From an uncultured bacterium (GTDB lineage: Bacteria > Margulisbacteria > WOR-1 > CAVSGV01), in assembly GCA_963727815.1 (NCBI GenBank), contig CAVSGV010000006.1, positions 583,471 to 647,470 on the forward strand: 64,000 nt of DNA, in the 5' to 3' direction. Below are positions 19,747-28,145 of the stretch, one piece after another. Position 1 is the first letter of the stretch. Every line of letters begins with the position of its first letter. Both the position numbers and the translations under genes were made by a program. The notes under the pieces are model-generated. The model had not been told where the DNA came from and made no database searches. It saw nothing but the letters and a program-made list of their open reading frames with translations.

Positions 19747-20274
19747 TTAATCGCCCTCGAACGAGACCTGCGCGTAAACGGAATATCCGGCTTTTTCAAG
19801 CTTTGCCCTGCCTCCGAGGTCGGGAAGGTCGACGATGAAGCCGAGCTCAACGACCTCGCCGTGAAGTTTTTTCACCAGTTTGGCGGCGGCAAGCGCAGTT
19901 CCACCGGTGGCGATAAGGTCGTCGATGATCAATACTTTCTGGCCTTTTTCTATGGCATCCTTGTGTATCTCGATGGTGTCGGTGCCGTATTCCAGAGCGT
20001 ATTCTTCTTTTTCAGTGGGAGCGGGAAGCTTTCCTTTTTTCCTTACCGGGACAAATCCTTTGCCGAGCATATATGCGATAGCTCCGCCAAGAATGAATCC
20101 GCGCGAGTCGATGCCGACGACGATATCAATGTCCTTGTTCCTGTACCTGTTCAGGAAATCGTCGATGCATATCTTGAACCCGACGGGGTCCTTCAGCAGT
20201 GTTGTGATGTCCCTGAACATCACGCCTTTTTTGGGCCAGTGAGGAACGGTGCGTATCCGAGATTTTATCGGCAT
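19747..20274 (-). CDS. apt: Adenine phosphoribosyltransferase
   Basis: 175 aa with Apt-typical FRDITTLLKDP, the PRPP loop VLIIDDLIATGGT, and EYALEYG. Confidence 0.9.
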   Translation of the reverse strand: MPIKSRIRTVPHWPKKGVMFRDITTLLKDPVGFKICIDDFLNRYRNKDIDIVVGIDSRGFILGGAIAYMLGKGFVPVRKKGKLPAPTEKEEYALEYGTDTIEIHKDAIEKGQKVLIIDDLIATGGTALAAAKLVKKLHGEVVELGFIVDLPDLGGRAKLEKAGYSVYAQVSFEGD

Positions 20275-21011
20275 AATTTTATCCTCGGTATCGCCGTGAT
20301 AAAAAGTTTTTTTACCTTCTCGGCGTTCTCGCCCATTCTTTTCATGACCATCTCGAAAGTTACGGGCGCTTCATCCTCTTTCCAGCAGTCGTAATCCGTG
20401 GACATCGCTATCGTCTGATAGGGGATGCCCAGTTCTTTAGCGAGTATCACCTCGGGACAGGTGGACATGTTGATAATATCCGCTCCCCATGCCCGGAACA
20501 TGTGGCTTTCGGCCCTCGTGGAGAATCTCGGCCCTTCTATCGTAATTACTGTAACGTCGCGGTTATGATCGAACTTGAGCTCGTCGCATGTCCTGCAAAG
20601 AAGATCAGTGAGCTTTTTGTCATACGGATCGCTCATGGGAGTGTGCACTACCTTGTCATGGAAATATGTCACATTCCTGTGCCGAGTAAAATCTATGAAC
20701 TGCGAAGGGAACACCAGGTTGCCGGGCTTTATCTCTTCTCTTAACGATCCGACAGCGGTCGCGGCAAGAATGTGAGTGCAGCCCGCTTCCTTCAGAGCGT
20801 AAATGTTCGCCAGGAAATTCACCTTTGTGGGCGGTATGCTGTGGTCCTTGCCGTGCCTTGCGATTATAGCGACCTGCACGCCGCCTATCTCTCCGCATGT
20901 AAGCGTTGATGAAGGAGCGCCGAACTTATTTGTCCCGTCCTTTTCAGAGGGGTTCTTGAGTATCTCGGGCTTATCAAGCCCCGACCCGCCGATGATACCG
21001 ATCTTTGTCAT
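20265..21011 (-). CDS. mtnP: S-methyl-5'-thioadenosine phosphorylase
   Basis: 248 aa of PNP/MTAP-family sequence (IGIIGGSGL..., ARHGKDHSIPP, NMSTCPEV). It overlaps the apt start by 10 nt. Confidence 0.85.
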   Translation of the reverse strand: MTKIGIIGGSGLDKPEILKNPSEKDGTNKFGAPSSTLTCGEIGGVQVAIIARHGKDHSIPPTKVNFLANIYALKEAGCTHILAATAVGSLREEIKPGNLVFPSQFIDFTRHRNVTYFHDKVVHTPMSDPYDKKLTDLLCRTCDELKFDHNRDVTVITIEGPRFSTRAESHMFRAWGADIINMSTCPEVILAKELGIPYQTIAMSTDYDCWKEDEAPVTFEMVMKRMGENAEKVKKLFITAIPRIKLCR

Positions 21012-21064
21012 GGGAACATTTTAGGGGATATAAGATTCATGTCAAGCTTTGATGGAACTCAATG

Positions 21065-21595
21065 TCAGGCTTTAGTATGTTTGTGATGTTTTTTGTCGTT
21101 GTCCCGATCGTGGTCCTTGTCTTCGTTATAAACTCTTCTGTAAACTCCGGTGATGACCTGGGAGAACGGACTTAAGCGGGAAGTGAAAGCGAACCGGTGG
21201 CTTAAGACCAGGGTCTCGGTGCCGTTCTTTTCGACCGCAACTATCGCGTCTCCGCCGTTGCCTGCGTCGCTTCCAAGAAGCTGCTTTTCCTCCATTATGT
21301 TGTAGGTAGTGGCGTCGTCGCGCGCTGTCTTCTCGTCAAGGCGGCGTATTTTGGTGCGGACGATCATTTTTTTCGCGGTGTCGATGGAATATGTGTATTC
21401 AAAAAGGTTGCCGCTGCTGCTAGATTGGCTGACCTTGCCGTTCTCTTTGGCGGCTACGTCCTTGAACTGGCGGTACGTGCGGACATCTGCCGCGAAAGCA
21501 CCGCAGGAAATTATCGCGCATATCAGAATGCTTAAAAAGAACCTGTTTCTCATAACTTCTACCTCTTTAACTCCAAAACTCCGGTCGGGACTCAT
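21065..21595 (-). CDS. Secreted hypothetical protein with a His/Asp-rich C-terminus
   Basis: Signal peptide after an internal Met (MRNRFFLSILICAIISCGAFA; alternative start 21553). It ends NEDKDHDRDNDKKHHKHTKA. I recognise no family. Confidence 0.5.
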   Translation of the reverse strand: MSPDRSFGVKEVEVMRNRFFLSILICAIISCGAFAADVRTYRQFKDVAAKENGKVSQSSSSGNLFEYTYSIDTAKKMIVRTKIRRLDEKTARDDATTYNIMEEKQLLGSDAGNGGDAIVAVEKNGTETLVLSHRFAFTSRLSPFSQVITGVYRRVYNEDKDHDRDNDKKHHKHTKA

Positions 21596-22059
21596 TTGTT
21601 CTCCACCGTAAAACCAAGACCTTTCAAATAATCGTAAAAATCGCTCAGCGACGAACCGGCCGCGTCATTTCCGTCCAGAGTTAACATTACGTCGCTGCCC
21701 TGCTGGACCATGTTAACTGAGGCGGCCGCTTCCACATAGTGTTCCGAATTTCCCACGGTATTCCAAGTCGTTTGTTCGTAGGCGGTCATTGGCTGATTTG
21801 GCGCCGATGTTTGAACGTAAGAAGTGGATTGCGTCGTTGAGCTGGAGTAAGGAACATAAGCAGCTCCCATGTCGAGCCCGAACGTGCCGGTCTGGTCGTT
21901 CTCATAAGTTATCTTGTAATCGTGACTGCCCGCGTAATCTTTCAAGAGGGGGACCATATGCGCAATGTCTGTATTATGGACCAGCAACGTTGTCTTGCAT
22001 CCCGTCAGCAGGAAAACGCATGCCAGTAAAATGACCGCGATATGTAATTTAGATCTCAT
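21592..22059 (-). CDS. Hypothetical lipoprotein
   Basis: 155 aa with a lipobox in VFLLTGC. There is a 4-nt overlap with the downstream gene. Confidence 0.55.
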   Translation of the reverse strand: MRSKLHIAVILLACVFLLTGCKTTLLVHNTDIAHMVPLLKDYAGSHDYKITYENDQTGTFGLDMGAAYVPYSSSTTQSTSYVQTSAPNQPMTAYEQTTWNTVGNSEHYVEAAASVNMVQQGSDVMLTLDGNDAAGSSLSDFYDYLKGLGFTVENK

Positions 22060-22096
22060 ACGTTAATTATAACATATATATGTAAAGCGACAGGAA

Positions 22097-22693
22097 CTAT
22101 TTCCCGTATAGAACGCTAAGCTGATCGACGGTTGGATGTCCTGCATAGTATTCTCCCTGAGGTCCTATGTAGCCGCCTTTGTATTTGACCAGTTTGACCG
22201 GCGTGAAAGAGCCGTTCGCGTTCGGAACGCTGATGGTAATGGCTTTTCCCGGAAAGGTTTCCGTTGTTGTCGCGGGAGCGGCATTCGTTACTACAGGAGC
22301 TGTGTTCGTTGCCGCTGGAGCGTTATTCACTATTGTCACGTTCTGCGCAGGCGGCGGAACGACCACATATCCCCCGACGGAATCCGTATAATATGTGTCA
22401 TCAGCATAATAATAGGATACGCCGCCGATGATGACGGTCTTATAGACCGGCGGGAGCACCGTAACTATAACGCCTATGGGCGGATTGACCACGAAGTAGC
22501 CGAAAGGCCCCGGTCTGTAGAACCTTCCGCCCCAGTAATGATATCTCGCACCCCTGAACATTATCACATTATGGCTGGGGGGAAGCGACCTCTGCCACCC
22601 CCATGCGAATGCGTCACTGGAGAACAGCACCAGAAGCGCCAGGCAGAGCATTGTCAAAAGCCAAGACTTTTTAGAAATAGATCGTTCAATCAT
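22097..22693 (-). CDS. Secreted/anchored hypothetical protein (Tyr/Gly/Pro-rich core)
   Basis: 198 aa with an N-terminal hydrophobic segment. It carries FRGARYHYWGGRFYRPGPFGYFVV and GGVSYYYADDTYYT motifs and a T/A/P-rich linker. It may belong to a DUF family, which I cannot verify. Confidence 0.5.
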   Translation of the reverse strand: MIERSISKKSWLLTMLCLALLVLFSSDAFAWGWQRSLPPSHNVIMFRGARYHYWGGRFYRPGPFGYFVVNPPIGVIVTVLPPVYKTVIIGGVSYYYADDTYYTDSVGGYVVVPPPAQNVTIVNNAPAATNTAPVVTNAAPATTTETFPGKAITISVPNANGSFTPVKLVKYKGGYIGPQGEYYAGHPTVDQLSVLYGK

Positions 22694-22886
22694 ATTTTTC
22701 CTCCTTTTATTAACTGCGAAAATTATACATCCCGACGATTAAATATCAATTAAAATAAAGTTAGAACTTCATTAATGAACGGTGCCGTGATTTTGTTCCC
22801 AAGTGAAATTTTGTCCCTGCCGCGACGATAATTTTATGTCTAACATCCTAACCTTGGCGCGTCATCAAATTGTTAAGGAGGAATAA

Positions 22887-23891
22887 ATGAGTTTCGGAAG
22901 AGTTGGGGAATTAAACGGATTGGATACTCTGAAAGTGTATTTTCATCAAATGGGGCAATACCCACTTTTGAAACTTGAAGAAGAAAAAGCCCTTGCCAAA
23001 CGGGTGTTCTTTGAATATGCGAAGTTCGATCCGGAAAAGATGAAGAAAACACCTAAAGACGAGTTGGCCAACAGTAAAATCAATAAAACCGCTAAAAGGT
23101 TCAACAGAAAACTTATCAATGAATTTATCAATGCCAACCTCCGGCTTGTTATTGCCATCGCAAAAAAACAAAAGTTCCTGGGCAGGGGGCTGTCTTTGCA
23201 TGACTGCATACAGGAAGGGAATCTGGGGCTCATGAAAGCTGTCAAGAAATTCAATCCGTACCATAACCCGAAAAGATATTATAAATTCAGCACTTATGCC
23301 ACGTTCTGGATCGAATCGGCTATTTGGAGGGCGATAGCTGATACCGGCAGAAATATCCGCATCCCCTCTGTACAGCACACTTTTTATAATGAGGTGATCA
23401 AGAAAGAGGCTGAACTTGGTGAAAAGCTGGACAGGAAGCCGACCGCGGACGAGATCGGAAAGTCGCTGGATAAACCGAAACCTGCAGAAAAGATATTGGA
23501 AATAAAAAAAGCTTTCCAGTTTGAAGGCTTTCTTAGTGCGCCGATAGGAGATGAAGAGGACAGTAAAACCGTTATTGATTTGATCCCGGATGACTTATGC
23601 CCGCGGCCTGATGTCGGAGCAATTCAGGACGGCGTGACGTGGAAGGTTAACGAAGCGCTTAACTGCCTGACCGACAAGCAAAAGAAAGTGCTTCAGTATG
23701 TCTTCGGCTTGAACGGAAAGGGTAAGTCTTTGGGAGAGAATGGATTAGGGAACATGGAAAGTATCGGAGGTCAATTCCACATATCAAGACAAAGGGTCGC
23801 TATAGTAAAGGACCAGGCTTTAGAGGCCATAAGAAAAGCGCCAAGCAGAAGAGAAGAGCTGAAACGTTTGTTAAAAGAAGTCTACGTCTGA
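22887..23891 (+). CDS. Sigma-70 family RNA polymerase sigma factor (non-ECF, RpoD-like regions 2-4)
   Basis: Region 2 (NLRLVIAIAKK..., IQEGNLGLMKAVKKFNP...FSTYATFWIESAI), region 3 and a region 4 HTH (ISRQRVAIVKDQAL). AAGGAGG lies 6 nt upstream of the ATG. Confidence 0.85.
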   Translation: MSFGRVGELNGLDTLKVYFHQMGQYPLLKLEEEKALAKRVFFEYAKFDPEKMKKTPKDELANSKINKTAKRFNRKLINEFINANLRLVIAIAKKQKFLGRGLSLHDCIQEGNLGLMKAVKKFNPYHNPKRYYKFSTYATFWIESAIWRAIADTGRNIRIPSVQHTFYNEVIKKEAELGEKLDRKPTADEIGKSLDKPKPAEKILEIKKAFQFEGFLSAPIGDEEDSKTVIDLIPDDLCPRPDVGAIQDGVTWKVNEALNCLTDKQKKVLQYVFGLNGKGKSLGENGLGNMESIGGQFHISRQRVAIVKDQALEAIRKAPSRREELKRLLKEVYV

Positions 23892-23927
23892 TCCCCCGGA
23901 CATCATTTATTACGCCGGTCCTTGGTC

Positions 23928-24404
23928 CTATTTTGTTGTATCAGGCGCCGCGGAGCTTTCGCCTGTCGCGCGATGCGACTGCCAGAAACCTTTGAACCAT
24001 TCACCTCTGTCCTTCCTCATTTTAATGCTTTTCCCAATGAATTTCTTGAATTGTTCGGGAGTAAGGATCTTCCGTAAAGCGAAAATACGATCAAAATGTT
24101 CATCAAGCAGTTTTGACTGTATCTTTTCGATGTCATTGATATCGGACTTGATCTTGGATTCGTCGGGACGGTCCTTCAGGAATTCTTCATCCATTTTCCC
24201 ACGGATCTCCTTTATTTTATCGAAATCCTTTTTTTCATCCGCCATCTGATTTTCAAAAAGCGCCTGCACCTGCTGCTTCTGGCCGGCGGTCAGGTCCATG
24301 CCCTTGAAAAGAGGACCCCGTGCGAAGTCCTTGGCAAGGGAAACGCTGCAATTCAAGCAAAGAGCCAGTAACATTAGGGCTGATGTCTTTATCCAACCGT
24401 TCAT
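23928..24404 (-). CDS. Periplasmic Spy/CpxP-family (LTXXQ-motif) stress protein
   Basis: Signal peptide MNGWIKTSALMLLALCLNCSVSLA and LTXXQ-type motifs (DLTAGQKQQV, LTPEQFKKF). I moved the start to ATG 24404, which has AGGAGG 9 nt upstream; the track ORF begins at 24443. Confidence 0.65.
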   Translation of the reverse strand: MNGWIKTSALMLLALCLNCSVSLAKDFARGPLFKGMDLTAGQKQQVQALFENQMADEKKDFDKIKEIRGKMDEEFLKDRPDESKIKSDINDIEKIQSKLLDEHFDRIFALRKILTPEQFKKFIGKSIKMRKDRGEWFKGFWQSHRATGESSAAPDTTK

Positions 24405-24455
24405 TTTAAGGTCCTCCTTTTTATTTTCACACAGGTTATACACTTGGACAGTTTT

Positions 24456-24755
24456 TCAGTTCCATGAGAAGCCGGAAGTACATTGTTCATATATGTATTC
24501 AGTGGAATCGAAATGCTGGACAAAGTTGCGCGTTTCCACATGTTTCGCGTAACTGTAAAAGAAAATGATGAGCATTGCCGCAAGAGCGGCTGCCGAGATC
24601 AAAAATTTGGGCCATAGGTCCGCGAACGAAAGAACGCCGGTCCTTTTGCCGTGAAGGGTCCCGCTTATCCTGAGCCATACCCTTTGTTCCGCCGAAGGAT
24701 CAGTGGGCATACCTCTTAACAGTTGAATGAATCTCTCGTAATCCATTTTTACCAC
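24456..24755 (-). CDS. Putative single-pass anti-sigma factor
   Basis: 99 aa directly downstream of, and overlapping, the ECF sigma gene, with one TM (FLISAAALAAMLIIFFYSY). Assigned by position only. Confidence 0.4.
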   Translation of the reverse strand: MVKMDYERFIQLLRGMPTDPSAEQRVWLRISGTLHGKRTGVLSFADLWPKFLISAAALAAMLIIFFYSYAKHVETRNFVQHFDSTEYIYEQCTSGFSWN

Positions 24756-25374
24756 CTCCGTGAAAATTTGTGAACAGTTCTTTTAATTGACCGCGGCCTC
24801 GATTTATCCTGGAGCGCACGGTGCCGATGGATATTCCAAGTATGTTGGCGATCTCATCGTAAGGCCTTTCTTCCACGTCCCGCATTATAAGGCAAGCCTT
24901 AAAATCCGGATTCAGCTTTTTCAGCAATTCCCTAACAAGTTCCGCGTCTTCCAGATGCTCCATCAGGACATCCGCGGTCTCGCTGTTCTCTATTATGTTT
25001 TCCCTGCTCCAGCGTTTCCTTTTCCTTAAGGCGTTAAGCGTATAATTGACCGCGATGCGGTAGATCCAGGTGGACAGCGCCGACCTTTCCTTTTTATACA
25101 ATTTCCTTTTTTCATAAGCCCTTATGTATATGTCATGGGTAATGTCTTCCGCATCATGCACATTGCCGGTCATGCGGTAAACAAGATGATAGATGGTTTT
25201 GAACGTTTCCTTATAAACGGTTTCGAACGCCTTAAGGTCGCCCAAGACAAAAGCATCAGCGGTCTCTTTTGATACCCTCATATATTTTTCATTATATTCC
25301 ACTTTCAAGGGAGGTGTATAGGTCCAATTGATGTTTATTTTATTTATTTGACTTAGTTGTTCCATCTTTCCCAT
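24700..25374 (-). CDS. ECF (sigma-24 type) RNA polymerase sigma factor
   Basis: Region 2 (DAEDITHDIYIRAY...STWIYRIAVNYTLNALRKR) and region 4 (PYDEIANILGISIGTVRSRINRGR). The true start may be the internal Met at ~25281. Confidence 0.8.
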   Translation of the reverse strand: MGKMEQLSQINKININWTYTPPLKVEYNEKYMRVSKETADAFVLGDLKAFETVYKETFKTIYHLVYRMTGNVHDAEDITHDIYIRAYEKRKLYKKERSALSTWIYRIAVNYTLNALRKRKRWSRENIIENSETADVLMEHLEDAELVRELLKKLNPDFKACLIMRDVEERPYDEIANILGISIGTVRSRINRGRGQLKELFTNFHGGGKNGLREIHSTVKRYAH

Positions 25375-25399
25375 CCCAGTCGTTATTAGATCGGGCCCA

Positions 25400-25435
25400 A
25401 TAGACGGCCTCCTGTTACCGCAAAAGGCCGTCTAT
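25400..25435 (-). other. Perfect 10-bp hairpin between two co-oriented genes
   Basis: ATAGACGGCC (25400-25409) / GGCCGTCTAT (25426-25435) with a 16-nt loop and no clear U-tract. It is a possible terminator or processing site upstream of the ECF sigma gene. Confidence 0.3.
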
Positions 25436-25440
25436 CCCAA

Positions 25441-25755
25441 TTACTTTTTCCAGATCCTCTTTGAGTGCGGGGCCGCGGGCGCCGCCGCATTGTTGCCGGC
25501 ATTCGTTCCGGTATCACTCGATCCTATTCCGCACGATTGTTTCTGCATATCCATGCCGCTTCCTGTCCATTGCCTGTGCATATATCCGGTCGTGACCGTG
25601 CTCAACAGAGCTAATACCAGAATAGCTACTGCTATGACCTGTCCGATAAGCTTTACGGAAGCATCTTCTTTTGCCGCCAGGACCCAGATGATAAATGCGA
25701 ATCCGAACATTACGAAAAGTTTCATGAGAGCCATGACTATAAAACCTCCATGCAT
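25441..25755 (-). CDS. Small membrane protein
   Basis: 104 aa with two hydrophobic helices and a Gly/Ser/Ala-rich tail. No family recognised. Confidence 0.4.
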   Translation of the reverse strand: MHGGFIVMALMKLFVMFGFAFIIWVLAAKEDASVKLIGQVIAVAILVLALLSTVTTGYMHRQWTGSGMDMQKQSCGIGSSDTGTNAGNNAAAPAAPHSKRIWKK

Positions 25756-25935
25756 GATCTTTCACCTCCTTATAGAAAGCGGATGTTCCCTCTTTCTGTC
25801 ATCAAATACACCCTGCCAGGCTGATAAGTTCCCCGGGAACTATTCTGCTTAGAGGTTGTATAATAATGTACGGGCGGAGAGTCCGGCGGTTCGTTTATTA
25901 ATTTAACGGAATATGCTAGTATCAAGAAAGGTCAT

Positions 25936-27159
25936 ATGAAAAAAGCGATCATCTGTTTTCTCGGCGTTATAATAATGTACAGGACCGGTCATGCGCTCAC
26001 CTGGAGCGAGGTGGCCGCGATAGGACTAAAGAACAGCCATAACCTTGTAGCCGCGCAAAAACAGCTCGAGTCCACCGAGTGGTCATACAGAAAATCACTT
26101 ACTACTTTCTTCCCTCAGCTTTCAGCGAACGCCGGATACTCCCAGGACCTTATAACCGAGGGCAATCCCCAGACCTATTCGGAAGGGCTTTCCGCTTCCG
26201 AGAACCTCTTCCAGGGATTCGCCGACATCTATGGGATGCAGAGCGCCTATGCCAACCTTGAATTCCAGAAAGCGGACTACCAGGCGTCGGAAGCCTCGGT
26301 CATGTATGACCTTCGATCCGCATACATTACTCTTGCGACGGCGAAAGAGAACGTGGACATATTGAAACAGATACTTGACCAGAGGTCGCAGAACAGCAGC
26401 ATGATCCAGCTCAGGTATGACGGCGGCAATGAAGACAAGGGCAACCTCATGACGACAAAAGCGGACGAGGCTGCGGCACGCGCAGACCTTGTTTCCGCAC
26501 AGAGGGACCTGGACCTGGCGTGGCTTAAATTGTCCCAGCTGCTGGGGCAGAACGTTTCAGGAGAAATTGCTTCTGTTACCCCATCCTCTGCCGAAGCCGC
26601 GGACATTTATTACATGTCCAAACAGACGCCGGACTACGTAAAGGCTCAGAAAACTTATGAGCTTGCCGACCTGAGCCAGAAGACCACCATATCGGAATTC
26701 CTCCCGACGCTTCAGCTTAGGTTAAGCGACAACAAAACTGGCGCTACATGGCCGCCTTCGGATAACACGGATAAGGCCCTTGGCCTGAACCTTTCATATG
26801 ATTTCTTTCCCGGCGGCAGCAATATAGCTGACAGAGCGATAGCCGGCGCAAATCTGGATAAAGCGAAAGAGACCCTGGAGCAGACGCTGAACGACCTGGT
26901 ATATACGCTAAAGACCTCCTACACCGATTATCGGGATGCCTTGGATTCGCTGGAAGTGGCAAAGCAATCCCTTGCGGCCTCGGCCGAAAGGTCCAAGATA
27001 TCCAACGCGAAATACCAGAACGGCCTGACAACTTACGACGAATGGACGCTGATACAGGATTCCTACATACAAGCGCAAAAGGGCCTGGTCTCTGCCGAGA
27101 GAGCGGCGCTTCTTGCTGAAGCGTCCTGGTATAAAAGTTATGGAGGTTGGGTAAAATGA
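25936..27159 (+). CDS. TolC-family outer-membrane efflux protein
   Basis: 407 aa with a signal peptide and the duplicated OEP repeat pattern (…LDLAWLKLSQLLG…, …AERAALLAEASWYKSYGG). Confidence 0.85.
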   Translation: MKKAIICFLGVIIMYRTGHALTWSEVAAIGLKNSHNLVAAQKQLESTEWSYRKSLTTFFPQLSANAGYSQDLITEGNPQTYSEGLSASENLFQGFADIYGMQSAYANLEFQKADYQASEASVMYDLRSAYITLATAKENVDILKQILDQRSQNSSMIQLRYDGGNEDKGNLMTTKADEAAARADLVSAQRDLDLAWLKLSQLLGQNVSGEIASVTPSSAEAADIYYMSKQTPDYVKAQKTYELADLSQKTTISEFLPTLQLRLSDNKTGATWPPSDNTDKALGLNLSYDFFPGGSNIADRAIAGANLDKAKETLEQTLNDLVYTLKTSYTDYRDALDSLEVAKQSLAASAERSKISNAKYQNGLTTYDEWTLIQDSYIQAQKGLVSAERAALLAEASWYKSYGGWVK

Positions 27160-28145
27160 AAAATGAAAATTTGAAAGTAAAAAATCTGAAGAAAGGCGCC
27201 ATAATCGGCATGGTGTTGATCGCGGGCATGGTCGCGGTATCAGCGGCGGGGTGCGGGCAGAAAGCAAAGCAGTCGCTTGAGCTTTCCCAGATCACAAAAG
27301 GCAAGATACAAGCCCTGGTCACCACAACGGGAACGGTCGCGCCGTACCACAGGCTTGAGATCAAACCGCCGATATCCGGAAGGATAGACACGGTGCTTGT
27401 GGCGGAAGGCGATGTCGTGAAAAAGGGCCAGGTCCTCGCCATGATGAGTTCCTCCGACAGGGCAGCCCTCCTTGACGCCGCCCGAGAAAAAGGCACGGCG
27501 GAATATAAGAAGTGGGCGGATGTGTACAAACCCGCTCCGATAGTCGCTCCGCTCGACGGTTTCATAATCCTAAAGAGCATCGTTCCCGGCCAGACCGTTA
27601 CCAACTCGGACTCGGTCCTTTCGATGGCAGATGTCCTGATCATCCAGGCGCAGGTGGACGAAACGGACCTGGGGAATGTCACGCTCGGACAGTCGGCGGA
27701 TATGCAGCTTGATGCTTACCCGGGAAAGAACATCACAGGAAAAGTGGTGCACATAGAATATGACTCGCAGGTGGTGAACAACGTCACGATCTACGTCGTT
27801 TACGTCATGCCGGATTCCGTGCCTCCTTATTTCCGTTCGGGAATGAGCGCGACGGTCAGTTTCATCACGGCGGAAAAAGACAATGTCCTGCTTGTTCCAT
27901 TAAGGGCCATCAAAACAATGGGGCCGACAACTTACGCCTTCCAGTATGACAGCGCTTCAAAGACCGCAAATCCGGTACAGATCAAGATCGGACTTCAGGA
28001 CAACAACAATGCCGAGTTGGTTTCCGGGCTGAACGAAGGCGACAAGATAGCCATCCCGGACAAGACGATGCTTGCGGCGCTTGCGGCAAAAACAGGCAGA
28101 GGCCCCAGAGGTATGGGAAATCCGTTCCAGAGAAGGACTCAATGA
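27156..28145 (+). CDS. Periplasmic adaptor (HlyD/MacA-like membrane fusion protein)
   Basis: TM anchor, lipoyl-like hairpin (ISGRIDTVLVAEGDVVKKGQVLA ... APLDGFII) and a beta-barrel domain. ATG 27156 overlaps the tolC stop (ATGA); the track start 27147 is TTG. Confidence 0.85.
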   Translation: MKNENLKVKNLKKGAIIGMVLIAGMVAVSAAGCGQKAKQSLELSQITKGKIQALVTTTGTVAPYHRLEIKPPISGRIDTVLVAEGDVVKKGQVLAMMSSSDRAALLDAAREKGTAEYKKWADVYKPAPIVAPLDGFIILKSIVPGQTVTNSDSVLSMADVLIIQAQVDETDLGNVTLGQSADMQLDAYPGKNITGKVVHIEYDSQVVNNVTIYVVYVMPDSVPPYFRSGMSATVSFITAEKDNVLLVPLRAIKTMGPTTYAFQYDSASKTANPVQIKIGLQDNNNAELVSGLNEGDKIAIPDKTMLAALAAKTGRGPRGMGNPFQRRTQ

